From assembly GCA_964438895.1 (NCBI GenBank), contig CAYTMJ010000001.1:223746-287745 (forward strand): a DNA stretch of 64,000 bases, read 5' to 3'. The notes below the pieces were generated by a model. That model was not told the DNA's origin, did no database searches, and saw nothing but the letters and a program-made list of their open reading frames with translations. Below, piece by piece: positions 50,476 through 61,612 of the stretch. This DNA comes from an uncultured Syntrophobacterales bacterium (GTDB taxonomy: Bacteria; Desulfobacterota; Binatia; UBA9968; JAJDTQ01). Position 1 is the first letter of the stretch. The number at the start of each line of letters is the position of its first letter. The translations under genes were made by a program, and so were the position numbers.

Positions 50476-50961
50476 ATGCCAAAGAAGCAATCCGCGATTA
50501 AATCTAAGTTTCTCTCTCACGGTACACTCGGATCAAAAGACCTTGCTGAGAGCCGACGTTTTTATGAAGACTTTTTGGGCTTGGAAGTTACACAAACAAG
50601 CAAGATGTCCCTAATGATCAGGCTTGGGGGCGACCATATTTATGCGGTTGTACAAAACAAGAATAGTCCTGAAATGCCGAGAATCAATCACAATGGCATC
50701 GACGTCGAATCCGACGAAGAAGTCGATGCAGCCTACGACGCGGTAACAAGTGGACAAGAACAATGGGGTCTATACAACATATCAATACCTGTGGAACAGC
50801 ACGGTACATATAGTTTTCATTTTTCAGATCGAGATCAAAATGCTTGGGAGATATTAAGTAATCCGAAAGGCGGATATAGGTGGATCTTCGATATGGGAGA
50901 CCTAGGGGGAAAGGGGCACTGGGACCCAGAGCTTAGAAAATCGCGTTTAAACTCAAGTTAA
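50476..50961 (+). CDS. VOC/glyoxalase-family protein
   Basis: Beta-alpha-beta-beta-beta module pattern (HGTLGSKDLAESRRFYEDFLGLEV). Confidence 0.6.
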   Translation: MPKKQSAIKSKFLSHGTLGSKDLAESRRFYEDFLGLEVTQTSKMSLMIRLGGDHIYAVVQNKNSPEMPRINHNGIDVESDEEVDAAYDAVTSGQEQWGLYNISIPVEQHGTYSFHFSDRDQNAWEILSNPKGGYRWIFDMGDLGGKGHWDPELRKSRLNSS

Positions 50962-51116
50962 AGCCGAACCGCGTGTAGAATATACGCGCCTACCATAAAC
51001 CCCCTGCTCGTCAGTGGCATCCTGCAAGATGCCGAATCACTGGAGAGATTCGCGAGCTGCCAGATGACGCAACACTACATCGAAGTCCGTGGAAGTGCGA
51101 TGAGGAAAGTTGCTGC

Positions 51117-51512
51117 TTGGATGTCACCATGAATACAACATCAACACAGAAACGATGGTTGAAGCGCGTCGGAAAACAGTTGCAAGCCATGGAAGGCGTT
51201 GAAACTTCGACTGAAATCAAATCACGCATCACCCTCCTGATCAAATTCAACGGCAAACGTAGAAAGGTGTTTGTAGATGGTTCGCCGAGCGATCCACATG
51301 TACAAAAACTTCAATATCGTCGAATTCGGAAGACACTGACGGAGCTTGGAATCAGGGAGCAGCCGGCATTCGCGGCGCCGAAGGTTTCAAGCGCGTCTGG
51401 CGCCGGACGACAGGCGGAGCTTCGGGCTTGGCAGGAAGTCTGGCGTATTATCAGAAAAGCCGAAAAGTCGCTTGATAGGTGGAATCATTCTGCAATGCTG
51501 TTTCATGGATAG
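51117..51512 (+). CDS. Hypothetical basic protein
   Basis: ORF only; Lys/Arg-rich; no family recognised. Confidence 0.3.
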   Translation: MDVTMNTTSTQKRWLKRVGKQLQAMEGVETSTEIKSRITLLIKFNGKRRKVFVDGSPSDPHVQKLQYRRIRKTLTELGIREQPAFAAPKVSSASGAGRQAELRAWQEVWRIIRKAEKSLDRWNHSAMLFHG

Positions 51513-51749
51513 CCTGATTGCGAGATACAATGGTTGTATTGTCTGTAAGAGCTCTTCCGGAAACCACCGTATTTGAATTGTGCTGCTGGCAACGGTAGTT
51601 CAACATGGGCCTAAGGGGCTTGCACGTTATTCACAAGTGGTTGATTCTATTACGCTATTTTCTGTGTTAGAGTTGCTGCAATCTAACTCTCGTTCCTGAG
51701 TGATTAGCAGACCGCAATGAACCGTCAGCGGCCTGCAGACGTTGGCAAA

Positions 51750-52283
51750 ATGACAATAACAAAAGAACTCTCACAACACTGGCAAGATCGGTACATTACC
51801 CTGATTCTGGACAACGAGGTGACGGTCGGAAACTTTGTCGCAGAGCCCCCATTGCCATGGGCCCGCATGGTACAGTCGTCGGATGACTACTGCGTCCAGG
51901 AAGGTTATCCGACGGTACTCGATACCGGTCAAGCGAAGCGTGAAATGAAGAATTGGGACCAGGTTAACCTGGAACGGATTGGCAGCGCCCTTAGGCAAGG
52001 TGGTAAGGCAGTGGATTGTTTCGTCGTCGGAAACAACGCCGGACAGGGGTTACCTATAGCCTCGGTGCTGGATGAAATCCGGCGGGCAAACGATACCATC
52101 GTCATCTACGGTACGAGCCTACCCGAACAAGATCGCTACGAGGCGCTTGGATTCCAATCGTTCTGTATGCGTAGCAATCTTTTACAACCGTTAGCCCAAC
52201 GCGCGGAGGCAGCCGGTCGCAGCCTGGTCCTCGCGTTCATCAACTCCATACAGCACAACGAATTAAACTATCATGATCCCTAG
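51750..52283 (+). CDS. Hypothetical protein
   Basis: ORF with no family recognised. The start is placed at MTITKE. Confidence 0.35.
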   Translation: MTITKELSQHWQDRYITLILDNEVTVGNFVAEPPLPWARMVQSSDDYCVQEGYPTVLDTGQAKREMKNWDQVNLERIGSALRQGGKAVDCFVVGNNAGQGLPIASVLDEIRRANDTIVIYGTSLPEQDRYEALGFQSFCMRSNLLQPLAQRAEAAGRSLVLAFINSIQHNELNYHDP

Positions 52284-52693
52284 GGCTGAAAAGGACTGCC
52301 CATCCTCGCCACGGCCCAGCTGGGCGGGCCAGTTGCGTTGCCAGTCGCTGAGCGCCCGCCGGGAGCTTCGTTCCCTCGGATAAACCCCACAAGGACGACC
52401 ATGTTGAGCGTCCTTGTATTTCTTGATTCGATTGGCCTCCACGGTCTATTTTCCTGGGGGTAGAACATTGTTTGTGCGGTCTGTTTGACGCGCTGTTCGA
52501 AATGACCTAGGTCCGCACACACTTGAACCCCCGAACGTCCTGGGAAGGGGCCGATGAGAAGTCCGGAACGCTGTGAGGGCGGAGGGGTACGGATTCACAG
52601 AAGGCCCCCTTCGAGTGAGCCTTCTGGCGGTCTACGATCCAACAATTCGCGACCCTTGATTCTGTGGGCCGGTGAACAAAATAAGGAGCCAAC

Positions 52694-54484
52694 GTGAGTG
52701 GTTTGCAAGAAAACGGAAGCATTAGGAATATTGCGATCATTGCCCATGTTGACCACGGGAAGACGACCCTTGTTGACCACATGCTACGCCAGAGTGGAAT
52801 CTTCCGCGCCGGACAGGTTGTTGATGAGCGCATCATGGACAACTTGGATCTTGAGCGCGAGCGGGGAATTACCATCGCGGCAAAAAACTGTGCGGTGTAC
52901 TTTAACGACATTAAGATAAACATCATCGATACACCCGGGCACGCGGATTTCGGTGGTGAGGTTGAAAGAGCTCTCAAAATGGTGGACGGAGCGGTGCTAC
53001 TCGTGGATGCCTCGGAAGGACCATTGCCACAAACGCGCTTCGTGTTGACAAAAGCATTGGAGCAGCGCCTCCGCATAATCGTGGTGGTTAACAAAATCGA
53101 CCGCCAAGACGCGCGGCCTCAGGAAGTCTTGAACGAGATCTACGACCTCTTTATCGATCTCGACGCTACGGATGATCAGATCGAGTTTCCGGTTCTCTAT
53201 GCGATTGGCCGCGACGGTGTAGCACAGAGATCCCTGGACGGACTTGGCGCCGACCTCGAAGCACTCTTTGGCACGATTGTGAAGGAGATCCCAGGCCCAA
53301 GTTATGACCCTCAAAAAGCCCTCCAACTCCTCATCACAAACGTTGCGTACTCCGATTATCTCGGGAGGTTAGCCATTGGGAAGATCTTTCATGGTTCAGT
53401 GAAGCGGCGTGATACCCTGGTCTGCTTAGGTGCCCATGGAGAGGCCCGCCCTGTAAAAATTTCGCAACTACAAGTCTACGACGGACTGAAACTTCGATCG
53501 GTGGATTCCGCAGACTCGGGCGATATCGTTGTGCTTGCGGGGGTAGATGAAGTCGAGATTGGCGATACAATTTGTACGTCGATGGCTCCAGAAGCTCTCA
53601 AGCGAATAAGCGTGGATGAGCCCACGGTCGCAATGAAATTCACAATCAACAGTTCGCCGTTCGCAGGGCTGGAGGGGGCCCTGGTCCAATCGCGTAGGAT
53701 TGCGGAACGTTTGCAGAAAGAAGCGTTACACAACGTTGCGTTGAAGGTTACAGACGGTACGATCGCCGAGAGTTTTATTGTCAAAGGTCGGGGTGAGTTT
53801 CAGATGGCGATATTGATCGAAACAATGCGCCGCGAGGGTTTCGAGCTCAGCGTCGGCCGTCCTCAAATTATCTATAAAGAGGAGAACAACGTTCTCCTCG
53901 AGCCCATCGAGCACGTGTTCATCGACTGCGACGAAGAGTTCACTGGCATCGTCACCGAAAAGGTGTCCCTCAGGAAAGGGCGAATGAAGAATCTAGTCAA
54001 TCATGGTTCCGGGCGTGTGCGGCTTGAATTCTCCGTTCCCTCGCGTGGGCTCATTGGCTTCCGCGGTGAGTTTCTCACGGATACCAAGGGGACAGGCATT
54101 CTCAACTCCTATCTGGAGGGTTACGAGCGCCATCGAGGGGAATTTCCTTCTCGAACGAGTGGCTCAATCGTCTCTGACAGGCAAGGGGCGGCTAATGCCT
54201 ACGGATTATTTCACCTGGAGCCTCGCGGGACCCTATTCGTGAAACCCGGGGACAAGGTGTACCGCGGGATGATCGTCGGAGAGCACAATCGGGAAACCGA
54301 CCTTTACGTTAATCCATGTAAGGAAAAGAAGCTGACCAATATGAGAGCTTCGGGTAAGGACGATAACATTCTACTCACCCCGGTAAGCCCAACAACGCTC
54401 GAACATTCCCTCGAGTTCATTCGAGATGACGAGATGGTCGAGGTCACCCCCAAGAGCATCCGGCTAAGAAAGGATGCGCTATGA
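52694..54484 (+). CDS. typA: Translational GTPase TypA/BipA
   Basis: G1-G4 motifs (AHVDHGKTT, DTPGH, NKID), EF-G-like domains, 596 aa. Confidence 0.95.
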   Translation: MSGLQENGSIRNIAIIAHVDHGKTTLVDHMLRQSGIFRAGQVVDERIMDNLDLERERGITIAAKNCAVYFNDIKINIIDTPGHADFGGEVERALKMVDGAVLLVDASEGPLPQTRFVLTKALEQRLRIIVVVNKIDRQDARPQEVLNEIYDLFIDLDATDDQIEFPVLYAIGRDGVAQRSLDGLGADLEALFGTIVKEIPGPSYDPQKALQLLITNVAYSDYLGRLAIGKIFHGSVKRRDTLVCLGAHGEARPVKISQLQVYDGLKLRSVDSADSGDIVVLAGVDEVEIGDTICTSMAPEALKRISVDEPTVAMKFTINSSPFAGLEGALVQSRRIAERLQKEALHNVALKVTDGTIAESFIVKGRGEFQMAILIETMRREGFELSVGRPQIIYKEENNVLLEPIEHVFIDCDEEFTGIVTEKVSLRKGRMKNLVNHGSGRVRLEFSVPSRGLIGFRGEFLTDTKGTGILNSYLEGYERHRGEFPSRTSGSIVSDRQGAANAYGLFHLEPRGTLFVKPGDKVYRGMIVGEHNRETDLYVNPCKEKKLTNMRASGKDDNILLTPVSPTTLEHSLEFIRDDEMVEVTPKSIRLRKDAL

Positions 54485-54683
54485 GGAGAATGCCCTCTGC
54501 CTGCGGTGACCAAATGTCTCGCGACGTCGGCTGGGGCCTTAAGGGGACGAGCGCGAGGCTAAGGGTACAATTGATACTGTGGAGGTTAAGCCACTAAGAG
54601 ACAGTGGTATGGGAGCTTCCGCAATAGCAAGGGGATTAGATATAGGCCGCGCTTCGATTTACCGCGTACTCGTATGACGCTGG

Positions 54684-55460
54684 TTACGCTCGTTCAGTGG
54701 GTGCAATCAACTCTCCCCATTCCTCTGGAATTACTCCCGCCTCCAAGCCGCGGCTCAAATAATAACGCCACAGTTTTACTGAGTGGTTTCCTCGTTTGAA
54801 ATTGGCTGCAAACTCAGTGGATTCCTCGTTTGTAAGGGGCTTCACTGTCCCTAGTCGTGAAGCATCGTACAAAGCCCTTGCATTTTCATCAAAATGAACA
54901 GCGTCCACCATTAGAGAAGGGATGTTCTCAGATACGATTACGGCTCCATGCGCCCGTAACAAAACAGCATAGTGATCGCCCAAGCTCTTAACCATAGCGA
55001 GACCGCGACCTTGTGTGTCGATGTGCCATGATTCTGGATGCACTGGAATCCCGCTTGCCCACCGATAAGCATGATTTTTCATAGGGACAAGGTCTATGCC
55101 CTCCACAAGCGTAAACAACGTGGCAATTTCTGGGTGCCAATGGAGCACTGCGTTTACATCGGAGCGTGCCCGTAGAATTTCAGAATGGATCTCAAGTTCG
55201 TTAACCGGTCTTGCGTCCGGCTTTCCATCTAAAACGTTGCCATCCAGGTCAACGATGTATAATTCCTCCGGAGCTAAATCATTCCGACTGGCATCGAACG
55301 ACTGGATGAGCATGGTTTCTCCATCTGGAAGACGCAAGCCCACATGGCCGCTATACCCGAGAATCCCTTCGTAGTTTAACAGACGTGTACAGGCCGCTAC
55401 TTCGATTTTGGCTTTCTGTACCTCTGGATTTGAAAATCTATCCATTGTTTGTTTCTCCAA
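54684..55460 (-). CDS. Class II aldolase/adducin-family protein
   Basis: Zn-ligand His pattern (HWHP, H..G) and the family fold. Confidence 0.8.
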   Translation of the reverse strand: MEKQTMDRFSNPEVQKAKIEVAACTRLLNYEGILGYSGHVGLRLPDGETMLIQSFDASRNDLAPEELYIVDLDGNVLDGKPDARPVNELEIHSEILRARSDVNAVLHWHPEIATLFTLVEGIDLVPMKNHAYRWASGIPVHPESWHIDTQGRGLAMVKSLGDHYAVLLRAHGAVIVSENIPSLMVDAVHFDENARALYDASRLGTVKPLTNEESTEFAANFKRGNHSVKLWRYYLSRGLEAGVIPEEWGELIAPTERA

Positions 55461-55793
55461 AAAACTGGCGAAGTCCTTTCATACCCTGTTTTCGGGTGGG
55501 GAAGCAACACGGCTTATAGTTGACCACAACGTCGTAAAGCTCTGGGGGAATGGGGATGGAGCAGACATCGCCCGACCCCACTTGCCCTAGCCACCCGGCA
55601 TGCTCATCCCATAGTGGAAGACGCACAGGAACCACGCGCTGAAGTGGAAAACTGAGCCCCGTTGGTAGTAACTTGTGAGATACTTTGTGGCTTGTGAGGC
55701 ATACAGTTCATGGGCGAGCGAGCATCTAATTTGCGCAAAACGGTTGGATAACACGCTATTCAAGCTACCACGCGCAAACTATTTTGACCTGTC

Positions 55794-56273
55794 CTATTTA
55801 CAATTCTTAATTTTGGTTGTCCCAGCAGGCATTTTTGTTCTACAGAAGGTCGCCGTGTCATCCTGATCGAGGTAATCCGTCAATTTCGCATTACTTAAGT
55901 CCGCATCAGTCAAATCTGCACGCGTTAGATTCGCGCGGGTCAGGTTTGCGCCCGTTAGGTTCGCGCGGGTCAGGTTTGTGCCACGGAAGTCAGCGCGACT
56001 AAGATCCGCATCGCGAAGGTCTGCACCACTAAGGTCCTCACCGCTCAAATCTGCCTCACCGAGATCGCACTTCACGCAGCTTTTTGAAGACTTCAAAGTG
56101 TTCACGTTCTTCGTCACGATATCCTCTCCGCCGCAACTTTGGAGGAAGAGAATAACCGATACCGAAAATAACATTCCAAGTAGCCGATTAGCCGTCATTG
56201 CTAGACCTCCGCTAAACAGTCGATGAGCCGTACATTTCCCGTATTGCCAGATTTCAATCTCATACAGCCCCAC
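55794..56273 (-). CDS. Secreted pentapeptide-repeat protein
   Basis: A signal peptide followed by about 14 A(D/N)L(S/T)xx repeats, which also show as DNA-level periodicity at 55900-56050. Confidence 0.8.
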   Translation of the reverse strand: MGLYEIEIWQYGKCTAHRLFSGGLAMTANRLLGMLFSVSVILFLQSCGGEDIVTKNVNTLKSSKSCVKCDLGEADLSGEDLSGADLRDADLSRADFRGTNLTRANLTGANLTRANLTRADLTDADLSNAKLTDYLDQDDTATFCRTKMPAGTTKIKNCK

Positions 56274-56573
56274 TCGTTGTCAATTCCGAAGAAGCGCCTG
56301 ATGTCGTGGCTCAATGTTCGCGTCGCCAACAAAACTGACCTGTGCGGAGATTATTCTACCAAGGCCTCAACGCGCCCATCGGTCTAACCCAGAAACGACG
56401 CGCATTGCATTCCCCTACCGTAAGCCAGGGGCAGAGGAGGAACGCAGGCACTATCGAGGTAGGAATGCTCCCATCTCAACGAGTTTGAGTAGTCGTTTAC
56501 CCTTTCCATCTGGTATCCAACGGTTATTGAGCACCGGACTGTCCAGGGGGATTTTAAAAGGGTCCACACCGGT

Positions 56574-57482
56574 ATGATACGCAAAACTTCATTGTTAGCG
56601 CGCTCCCAAGCCAAATGGTTGAACCTCCCGGGGAATGTACGTGGAATCGCGTGGATCACGCTGGGTACGATCGCGTTTGCCCTCAATGATGTCCTCGTAA
56701 AGTTGTTAGGTACGAAATTTGGGCCAATGGAATTAGCTTTCTGCCGATATTTCATAGGAGTTCTTTTATTCTCACCGATTTTCATAAAGATGGGCGTTGA
56801 AGGATTAAAAACCGATCGCATTGGAATTCATCTGTTTCGATTGGCAATCGCCTGCATCGGCCAACTCGGCGTTTTCTACTCAGTCATCCATCTTTATCTA
56901 GCTGATGCCACGGCCATTGCCTTCTCTCGCCCCCTGTTCACAACGATTATAGCCGTAGTTGTACTTTCAGAGCTTGTTTCCACCCGGCGTTGGGCCGCAA
57001 CCATTGTAGGTTTTGTTGGGGTCCTCATCATGATACGCCCTGGACACGCTGGCTTCGACCCGGTTGCTGTAGTGGCTCTCGTGAGCGCTTTTATTTTCGC
57101 AGTTGGGAACGTTTTGATACGGCTAATGGCAACCACAGAACCTCCTAACCGCATTCTTTTTTACTACCACACGGGCGGGGCAATCATTTTTTCAGCGCCA
57201 ATCATAATTCTATGGCAGACGCCTGTCGGAATTGAGTGGTTTTTGCTGGCTGGAATCGGTGTAATGACGACTATTGGAATGACTGGCTTCATTCGAGCAT
57301 TTTCGGTTGGCGAAATTAACGCTGTCGGGCCGATGGAATACACCAGGGTTGTCTATGCTGGCCTTCTGGGCTACTCAATTTTTGGTGAGACTCCTAATTT
57401 CTCGACACTTGTAGGGGCAGCAATTATCATACTCGCCACGGTCTATATCGCTCGCGAAGAAGCACGCAGAAACGGAACGTGA
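56574..57482 (+). CDS. EamA/DMT-family transporter
   Basis: About 10 TM helices with duplicated EamA domains. Confidence 0.75.
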   Translation: MIRKTSLLARSQAKWLNLPGNVRGIAWITLGTIAFALNDVLVKLLGTKFGPMELAFCRYFIGVLLFSPIFIKMGVEGLKTDRIGIHLFRLAIACIGQLGVFYSVIHLYLADATAIAFSRPLFTTIIAVVVLSELVSTRRWAATIVGFVGVLIMIRPGHAGFDPVAVVALVSAFIFAVGNVLIRLMATTEPPNRILFYYHTGGAIIFSAPIIILWQTPVGIEWFLLAGIGVMTTIGMTGFIRAFSVGEINAVGPMEYTRVVYAGLLGYSIFGETPNFSTLVGAAIIILATVYIAREEARRNGT

Positions 57483-57665
57483 CTAATCGATAGGAATACT
57501 TACCGACCCTCTGTATTCCCGGGCTCAACCATATTCATCACGTGTCTCAATTGTTCGATCACTACGCCGGAAATCCCACTGCGCGTACACCGACCATGGA
57601 GCCCTCCACGTTTCACGCAAAGGCCTCACGTGCGAAATACGCACGGGACCAGGAGCAGAAGTACG

Positions 57666-58364
57666 ATGATACAAATACGTAAAAGCGACGAGCGAGGCGC
57701 TACGCGACTAGACTGGTTAAACAGCAAGCACACGTTCTCCTTTGCCGATTATCACGACCCCGACCATATCGGGTTTGGGCCCGTGCGGGTGATCAACGAG
57801 GATCGCGTACTCCCCCATGGGAGCTTCCCAACACATTCACACAAGGATATGGAGATTGTGTCCTACCCACTTAGTGGTCAACTCGAACATCAAGACAGCA
57901 TGGGAAACAGTTCCATCATTCGGCGCGGCGACGTTCAGAAAATGAGCGCCGGCACCGGTGTTCAACATTCCGAGTCCAACCCATCCGACAACCAGAGCAA
58001 CCATTTTTTCCAGATTTGGATCGTCCCGGATACTATCGGCCTTGAACCATCCTATGAACAAATAGACGTGCCAGATCCGGACGAGGGGGGTGGTTTGACC
58101 TGCATCGGCTCGAAAGGCGGCGCCAAGGGCGGGGTCACCATCCACCAAGATGTTGACTTGTATCTCATTCGCCTGGCCAGTGAGGCAAGCAACCGCTATA
58201 GGCTCATCCCGGGTCGCCGGGCCTGGGTACAGGTAGCGTGGGGCATGCTCACATGTAACTACGAACCCCTTACAGCGGGCGATGGTGCGGCGCTGGAGGA
58301 CGAAGCATCCGTGTGGTTTACGGCAAAAACAGATACCGAAGCGTTGTTGTTTGACGTAGGATAG
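57666..58364 (+). CDS. Pirin-family protein
   Basis: Cupin His ligands (HSHKDMEIVSY...E) and an N-terminus typical of pirins. The start is placed at MIQIRK. Confidence 0.85.
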   Translation: MIQIRKSDERGATRLDWLNSKHTFSFADYHDPDHIGFGPVRVINEDRVLPHGSFPTHSHKDMEIVSYPLSGQLEHQDSMGNSSIIRRGDVQKMSAGTGVQHSESNPSDNQSNHFFQIWIVPDTIGLEPSYEQIDVPDPDEGGGLTCIGSKGGAKGGVTIHQDVDLYLIRLASEASNRYRLIPGRRAWVQVAWGMLTCNYEPLTAGDGAALEDEASVWFTAKTDTEALLFDVG

Positions 58365-58487
58365 GGGCCTAAGCAGCAAAAGCACGGAACGACGCCGCAG
58401 ATAACGGCCTAGAAACGTTTAACCGCTATCCCCCTGTAAAAGGGGGGCTCCGCGTCCGAGGGCTAGGGGACTCCAAAAGAACTGACT

Positions 58488-59312
58488 ATGAAACACTTGC
58501 CGCGAACAATCACTTTAGGACTATTCGTATTCTTGTTTACCTTTGCCACCTTTATTCAAGCGTCGGACCACTTCAAAACTATCAACGACCACGAAGCTGC
58601 TACAACCATCCCAACGCGAGATGGCACAACCATCTCTTTTGTTGCTTCATCACCAAAACAAACACCGAAGGCGGCAGCGATACTTTTCGTCGGGGGGCAC
58701 GGGAAAATCAAACTCTGGAAACGACCTCAAAGACTTAGGAGTAGAAATTTCCTAGCTCGATCGAGGCAACATTTCGTGGATCGTGGTGTATTCACGGTGA
58801 CAGTGGATGTGCCGTCCGATCGAAAGGATGAGGGGCTGTATGGTTTTCGGCAAACCGAAGAACATAAAGCCGATATAACGGCTGTTGTGGAATGGGTTCG
58901 AACAAAAACCCGGGCTCCTGTGTGGTTGATTGGTACGAGCTATGGAACAGTATCTGTCTCATTTCTCGCAGGCACCTTGCCGATCGACGGTGTAATTTTC
59001 ACCGCCTCTAGTACGAAGCCCGGTAAGGAGCGATATACTACGCTGGACGGAGATCTCGATGAGATAAAGGCTCCCACCTTAATTGTTCATCATAGGGAAG
59101 ACGGGTGTAGGACTTGCCCGGTGGAAAATTTAGAAGTTTTAGCCGGGAGGTTAGCGAACGCGAAAAAGGTCGAGATCCTCCTCTTTGAAGGAGGCCTTCC
59201 CGCAACATCAAAAGCCTGCGGTTCCCAATCTCCGCATGGCTTCCTGGGTATCGAACAAAAAGTGGTCGAAACAACCGTGGATTGGATGTACCAACATGCC
59301 CCAGCAGGATGA
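58488..59312 (+). CDS. Secreted alpha/beta hydrolase (dienelactone-hydrolase-like)
   Basis: A signal peptide, a GTSYG nucleophile elbow and a downstream His. Confidence 0.7.
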   Translation: MKHLPRTITLGLFVFLFTFATFIQASDHFKTINDHEAATTIPTRDGTTISFVASSPKQTPKAAAILFVGGHGKIKLWKRPQRLRSRNFLARSRQHFVDRGVFTVTVDVPSDRKDEGLYGFRQTEEHKADITAVVEWVRTKTRAPVWLIGTSYGTVSVSFLAGTLPIDGVIFTASSTKPGKERYTTLDGDLDEIKAPTLIVHHREDGCRTCPVENLEVLAGRLANAKKVEILLFEGGLPATSKACGSQSPHGFLGIEQKVVETTVDWMYQHAPAG

Positions 59313-59708
59313 CCAGTTGGCTAAAATGCTCCAGAAAGGTTTGCCCTACGGACAGAGTGGTCGGAGATTCTGCGAAGAACTCGATAGAACGACACAGACA
59401 CGATGGCAAGGGCGGTGCCATCGCGATTGACGACACCACCCATTCCATTCGCGCCACGGAGCCAAAGGTACGGGCCTCACACACTTCGCCGACGACGAAT
59501 AAGCTACCCCGAAAGTTTCACAAGAAGTTTCTGCTGGATATCTCCATTGAGGATTTAACAGAACTTGAGGCAGCCGTTGAACTGATTGATGCGTATTACT
59601 TGGAACAGTTAGGGGATGTTCCGCGGTTCTCAAACCGCTCAGGTGAATACCGCGGATTCACCGATTTAGGTTCTGTGATGTGCTCTGTGTTTAGTAAGGC
59701 TTTAGAGA

Positions 59709-60989
59709 TTATCGGCGACGAGGCGCAGTGGACGGATCGTTGGCCGTCGCGCCCGGCGCGCGGGCCCGGCCGGGCTTGCGCGGGGGCTTGTTGCGCGGTT
59801 TCTTCGCGGGAGACTCCTCTGCGGCGGCGATCGCCGCCGGTCCGTCACCGATGACGGTGAGCCGGCGCCGAAGGAGGCGCTCGATACCAAGAAGGTAGGG
59901 CCGTTCCGCCGGATCGCAGAACGAGTACGCCACCCCCGATGCGCCAGCGCGCGCGGTGCGTCCGATGCGGTGGACGTAACTTTCTGGATCGTTTGGCAGC
60001 TCATAGTTGACGACGTGAGTCACCCCGTCGACGTCGATCCCACGCGCCGCGATATCGGTCGCCACAAGCACCCGGGCATCGCCGGCGCGAAAACGCTTGA
60101 GAGCGCGCAGACGCGCACCTTGAGACTTGTTTCCATGGATGGCTTCGACCTCAACCCCGGACTTGGCGAGATGTTCCGCAACCCGATTGGCCCGGTGCTT
60201 GGTGCGCGCGAAGACGATCACACGCGACAGCGCCGGATTATCGAGGATTGTGGCCAACAGCGCGGTCTTGGCCTTGGCCGGGACGTGGTAAATGGCCTGT
60301 TCGATGCGTTCGACCGGGGTCGCCTGCGGGGTCGCCTCGATCCGCACCGGATCGGTCAGGATGTCGCCGCACAGACGGGTGATCTCGTCTGGCATGGTGG
60401 CGGAAAATAGCATTGATTGGCGGGCAGCCGGCAGGGCGGCGACGATCTTGCGGACGTCGCGGATGAATCCCATGTCGAGCATCCGGTCGCCCTCGTCCAG
60501 GACGAAGAATTCCACCGCGCCGAGCCTTAGCCACTTCTGGTTCATCAGGTCGAGCAATCGCCCGGGGGTCGCGATCACTATGTCGACGCCGATGTTCAAG
60601 GTGTTGACCTGGGATTTCTGGTTGACACCACCATAGATCACGGTCTGGCGCAGGTTCAGGTGCCGGCTATAGGCGCGAAACTCCTCGCCGATCTGGATCG
60701 CAAGCTCGCGCGTGGGCGCCAGAATCAGGGCGCGCGGGCTGCGGTGTCCGTTGCCGGTCTGGACCTGTGAAATTTTTTCTAGAATGGGCAACGCGAAGGC
60801 CGCGGTCTTACCGGTGCCGGTCTGAGCGATGCCGAGCATGTCCTTACCGTTTAGCAAGGCCGGGATGGCCAGCGCCTGGATCGGTGTCGGGATCTCATGG
60901 TTTCTGGAACTCAAAGCACGTTGGATCGGCTCGGCAAGGCCGAACTCCGAGAACTGACTAATTGTCACGTGTGGGTCCTTATGCGCCAA
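59709..60989 (-). CDS. rhlE: DEAD-box ATP-dependent RNA helicase (RhlE-like) with an Arg/Pro-rich C-terminal tail
   Basis: Q-motif, AQTGTGKT, DEGD (a DEAD variant), SAT and HRIGRTAR motifs. Confidence 0.9.
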   Translation of the reverse strand: MAHKDPHVTISQFSEFGLAEPIQRALSSRNHEIPTPIQALAIPALLNGKDMLGIAQTGTGKTAAFALPILEKISQVQTGNGHRSPRALILAPTRELAIQIGEEFRAYSRHLNLRQTVIYGGVNQKSQVNTLNIGVDIVIATPGRLLDLMNQKWLRLGAVEFFVLDEGDRMLDMGFIRDVRKIVAALPAARQSMLFSATMPDEITRLCGDILTDPVRIEATPQATPVERIEQAIYHVPAKAKTALLATILDNPALSRVIVFARTKHRANRVAEHLAKSGVEVEAIHGNKSQGARLRALKRFRAGDARVLVATDIAARGIDVDGVTHVVNYELPNDPESYVHRIGRTARAGASGVAYSFCDPAERPYLLGIERLLRRRLTVIGDGPAAIAAAEESPAKKPRNKPPRKPGRARAPGATANDPSTAPRRR

Positions 60990-61148
60990 TCGTTCGTCCC
61001 GCCGATTGCGGCCCGGGCTGCCGGTTCCTCCTGCCCGGGCGCGGCCGGGACTGGAGATTATTTGGAGTATTGTACCCGGGACGTTGTGCCGCCGTTCGGC
61101 AGGACTTCGCGCAATCGCGAGACAACTTGCTAGACAAGAGGGCGCGAA

Positions 61149-61556
61149 TTATTTCCACTCCCAAATCTCCCAGGTTGCCGCGCCATTGACATCCACGTCC
61201 CACTCATAAACCCCACATTTGTCGTTTAAGCCTGCTAGCGATGGCGCGGAAGCTTGAAAATACACCGACCCCACAAAATGCACTCCACCTTCTGCATTGA
61301 AGGTCCCCAGCCCGTTAGCTCTGAATGTAGCTACGCCATCTTGAGCCATAACGACACCCGAATTAGGACACTCTCCATACAGGGTGCCACCGGCCCTCAT
61401 ATCCGAACCATAAGTAGCCATAAACTGGACTTGAACACCCCCCAGTGTTCCGCTTCCTTGAGCCGTTGTTTCAAAACTAGGAAGAGAACCGTCATGACTG
61501 GGTAACGCCTTATTTGTGGCAGTAGCCGTAACCGAACCGATTTTTTCGCCCAACAT
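61149..61556 (-). CDS. Hypothetical Gly-rich protein (135 aa)
   Basis: An ORF with an AAGGAGG RBS and no family recognised. Confidence 0.4.
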   Translation of the reverse strand: MLGEKIGSVTATATNKALPSHDGSLPSFETTAQGSGTLGGVQVQFMATYGSDMRAGGTLYGECPNSGVVMAQDGVATFRANGLGTFNAEGGVHFVGSVYFQASAPSLAGLNDKCGVYEWDVDVNGAATWEIWEWK

Positions 61557-61612
61557 ACTTGGCCTCCTTAAGCTAGTTATTTCCTTTTACTAAACACCGA
61601 ATGGACTAGCTA

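Noticed and set aside
52594-52625. An 8-bp stem hairpin (cagaaggc / gccttctg) upstream of typA.
   Set aside because: There is no flanking U-run and no conserved motif. It is probably an incidental leader structure.
52507-53094. A 195-aa minus-strand ORF, plus several other ORFs antisense to typA, accC, fabF and the helicase.
   Set aside because: They lie entirely within confidently identified genes on the opposite strand. They have no family signal and are the kind of ORF high-GC antisense frames produce.
59282-59854. A 190-aa + strand ORF between the alpha/beta hydrolase and the helicase.
   Set aside because: Its 3' half is antisense to the helicase C-terminus. The part that does not overlap has no start codon with an RBS. 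Left uncalled.
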